DNA from: Candidatus Woesearchaeota archaeon | Lineage (GTDB): Archaea; Nanobdellota; Nanobdellia; SCGC-AAA011-G17; PNOQ01 | DNA: 64,000 bases | Reading direction: 5' to 3' | Assembly: GCA_043812195.1 (NCBI GenBank) | Contig: JBDRML010000029.1 | Coordinates: forward strand, 14,212-78,211 | Shown here: piece by piece, positions 63,591 to 64,000 of the stretch | How positions within the stretch are numbered: position 1 is the first letter of the stretch | How the letters are laid out: every line of letters begins with the position of its first letter | Program-made: the position numbers and the translations under genes | Notes under the pieces: model-generated | The model's input: the letters and a program-made list of their open reading frames with translations, nothing else | The model's database searches: none | What the model was told of the DNA's origin: nothing

Positions 63591-64000
63591 TTATTCACCC
63601 TTCTTATCTATTTTTTTCCAATATTCTTTTGAACCTAAAATATAATTATTACCTTCTCCATCATCTATAATCGCACCATCAAGATTTGCTCCCTTAAAGT
63701 TTGTATTATAAAGACTTGCATCCTCAAGATTTGCATTTCTAAGGTTTGCATCAGTAAGGTTTGCATCAGTAAGGTTTGCTCTTTTAAGGGATGCACCTAT
63801 AAGAGATGAACTTCTAAGGATTGCTTTTCTAAGAAATACATCATCAAGAATTACACCATCAAGAATTGCATCTTTAAGATTTGTATATTCAAGGTTTACA
63901 TCTTTAAGATTTGCACCTAAAAAGCTTGCACCAGTAAAGTTTGCCCTCTCAAGATTTGCCCTCTCAAGGTTTGCCCTCTCAAGATTTGCATTTTTAAGAT
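63591..64000 (-). CDS. Pentapeptide-repeat protein, 5'-partial (continues past the window end)
   Basis: My translation of the minus strand gives ..ANLERANLERANLERANFTGASFLGANLKDVNL...ANLTDANLTDANLRNANLEDASL...KKIDKKGE*, stopping at TAA 63591-93. It is not in the ORF track because no start lies within the window. Confidence 0.8.
   Translation of the reverse strand, partial: LKNANLERANLERANLERANFTGASFLGANLKDVNLEYTNLKDAILDGVILDDVFLRKAILRSSSLIGASLKRANLTDANLTDANLRNANLEDASLYNTNFKGANLDGAIIDDGEGNNYILGSKEYWKKIDKKGE

Overview
AT-rich (about 30% GC by eye) archaeal chromosome segment. Gene content and layout suggest a small-genome DPANN-type archaeon; that assignment is inference. Most first genes sit about 25 nt downstream of a TTTATAAA box, so transcripts appear largely leaderless.

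Core genes:
- Exosome operon rrp4-rrp41-rrp42 followed by rpoK.
- Enolase, uS2, aRNase J, a deoxynucleoside kinase, mre11-X-rad50, tsaC, dacZ and glmS.
- The conserved string rpoH-rpoB''-rpoB'-rpoA'-rpoA''-eL30-nusA-uS12-uS7 ... aEF-2 ... EF-1alpha ... uS10, here broken by insertions.

Accessory content:
- A tightly packed operon of small protein, radical SAM, carbamoyltransferase-like and radical SAM genes, convergent with an ATP-grasp plus nitroreductase pair (4.4-10.1 kb).
- A secreted surface module: a 1148-aa 7-blade propeller plus zincin protein, a Cys-rich peptide and a 606-aa secreted protein.
- A pilin-like protein, an SLT-LysM hydrolase, several nucleotidyltransferases and a macro/Nudix pair.
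- Five LAGLIDADG endonuclease modules.

Main findings:
1. The aEF-2 gene is interrupted inside its P-loop codons by a 32-nt, frame-breaking insert. The insert folds by hand into a near-canonical bulge-helix-bulge motif whose predicted cut sites restore AHID|HGK exactly. This is a candidate endonuclease-spliced intron in a protein-coding gene.
2. A 500-aa LAGLIDADG intein sits 9 nt downstream of that insert.
3. All four tRNA genes carry introns, at four different positions: 37/38, 59/60, 30/31 and 29/30.
4. The tRNA-Lys intron is 652 nt and encodes a LAGLIDADG endonuclease.
5. Two small insertions are bounded by duplicated gene 3' ends, one at rps7 and one at tRNA-Ser.

All functional calls rest on motifs read by eye, not on database searches.
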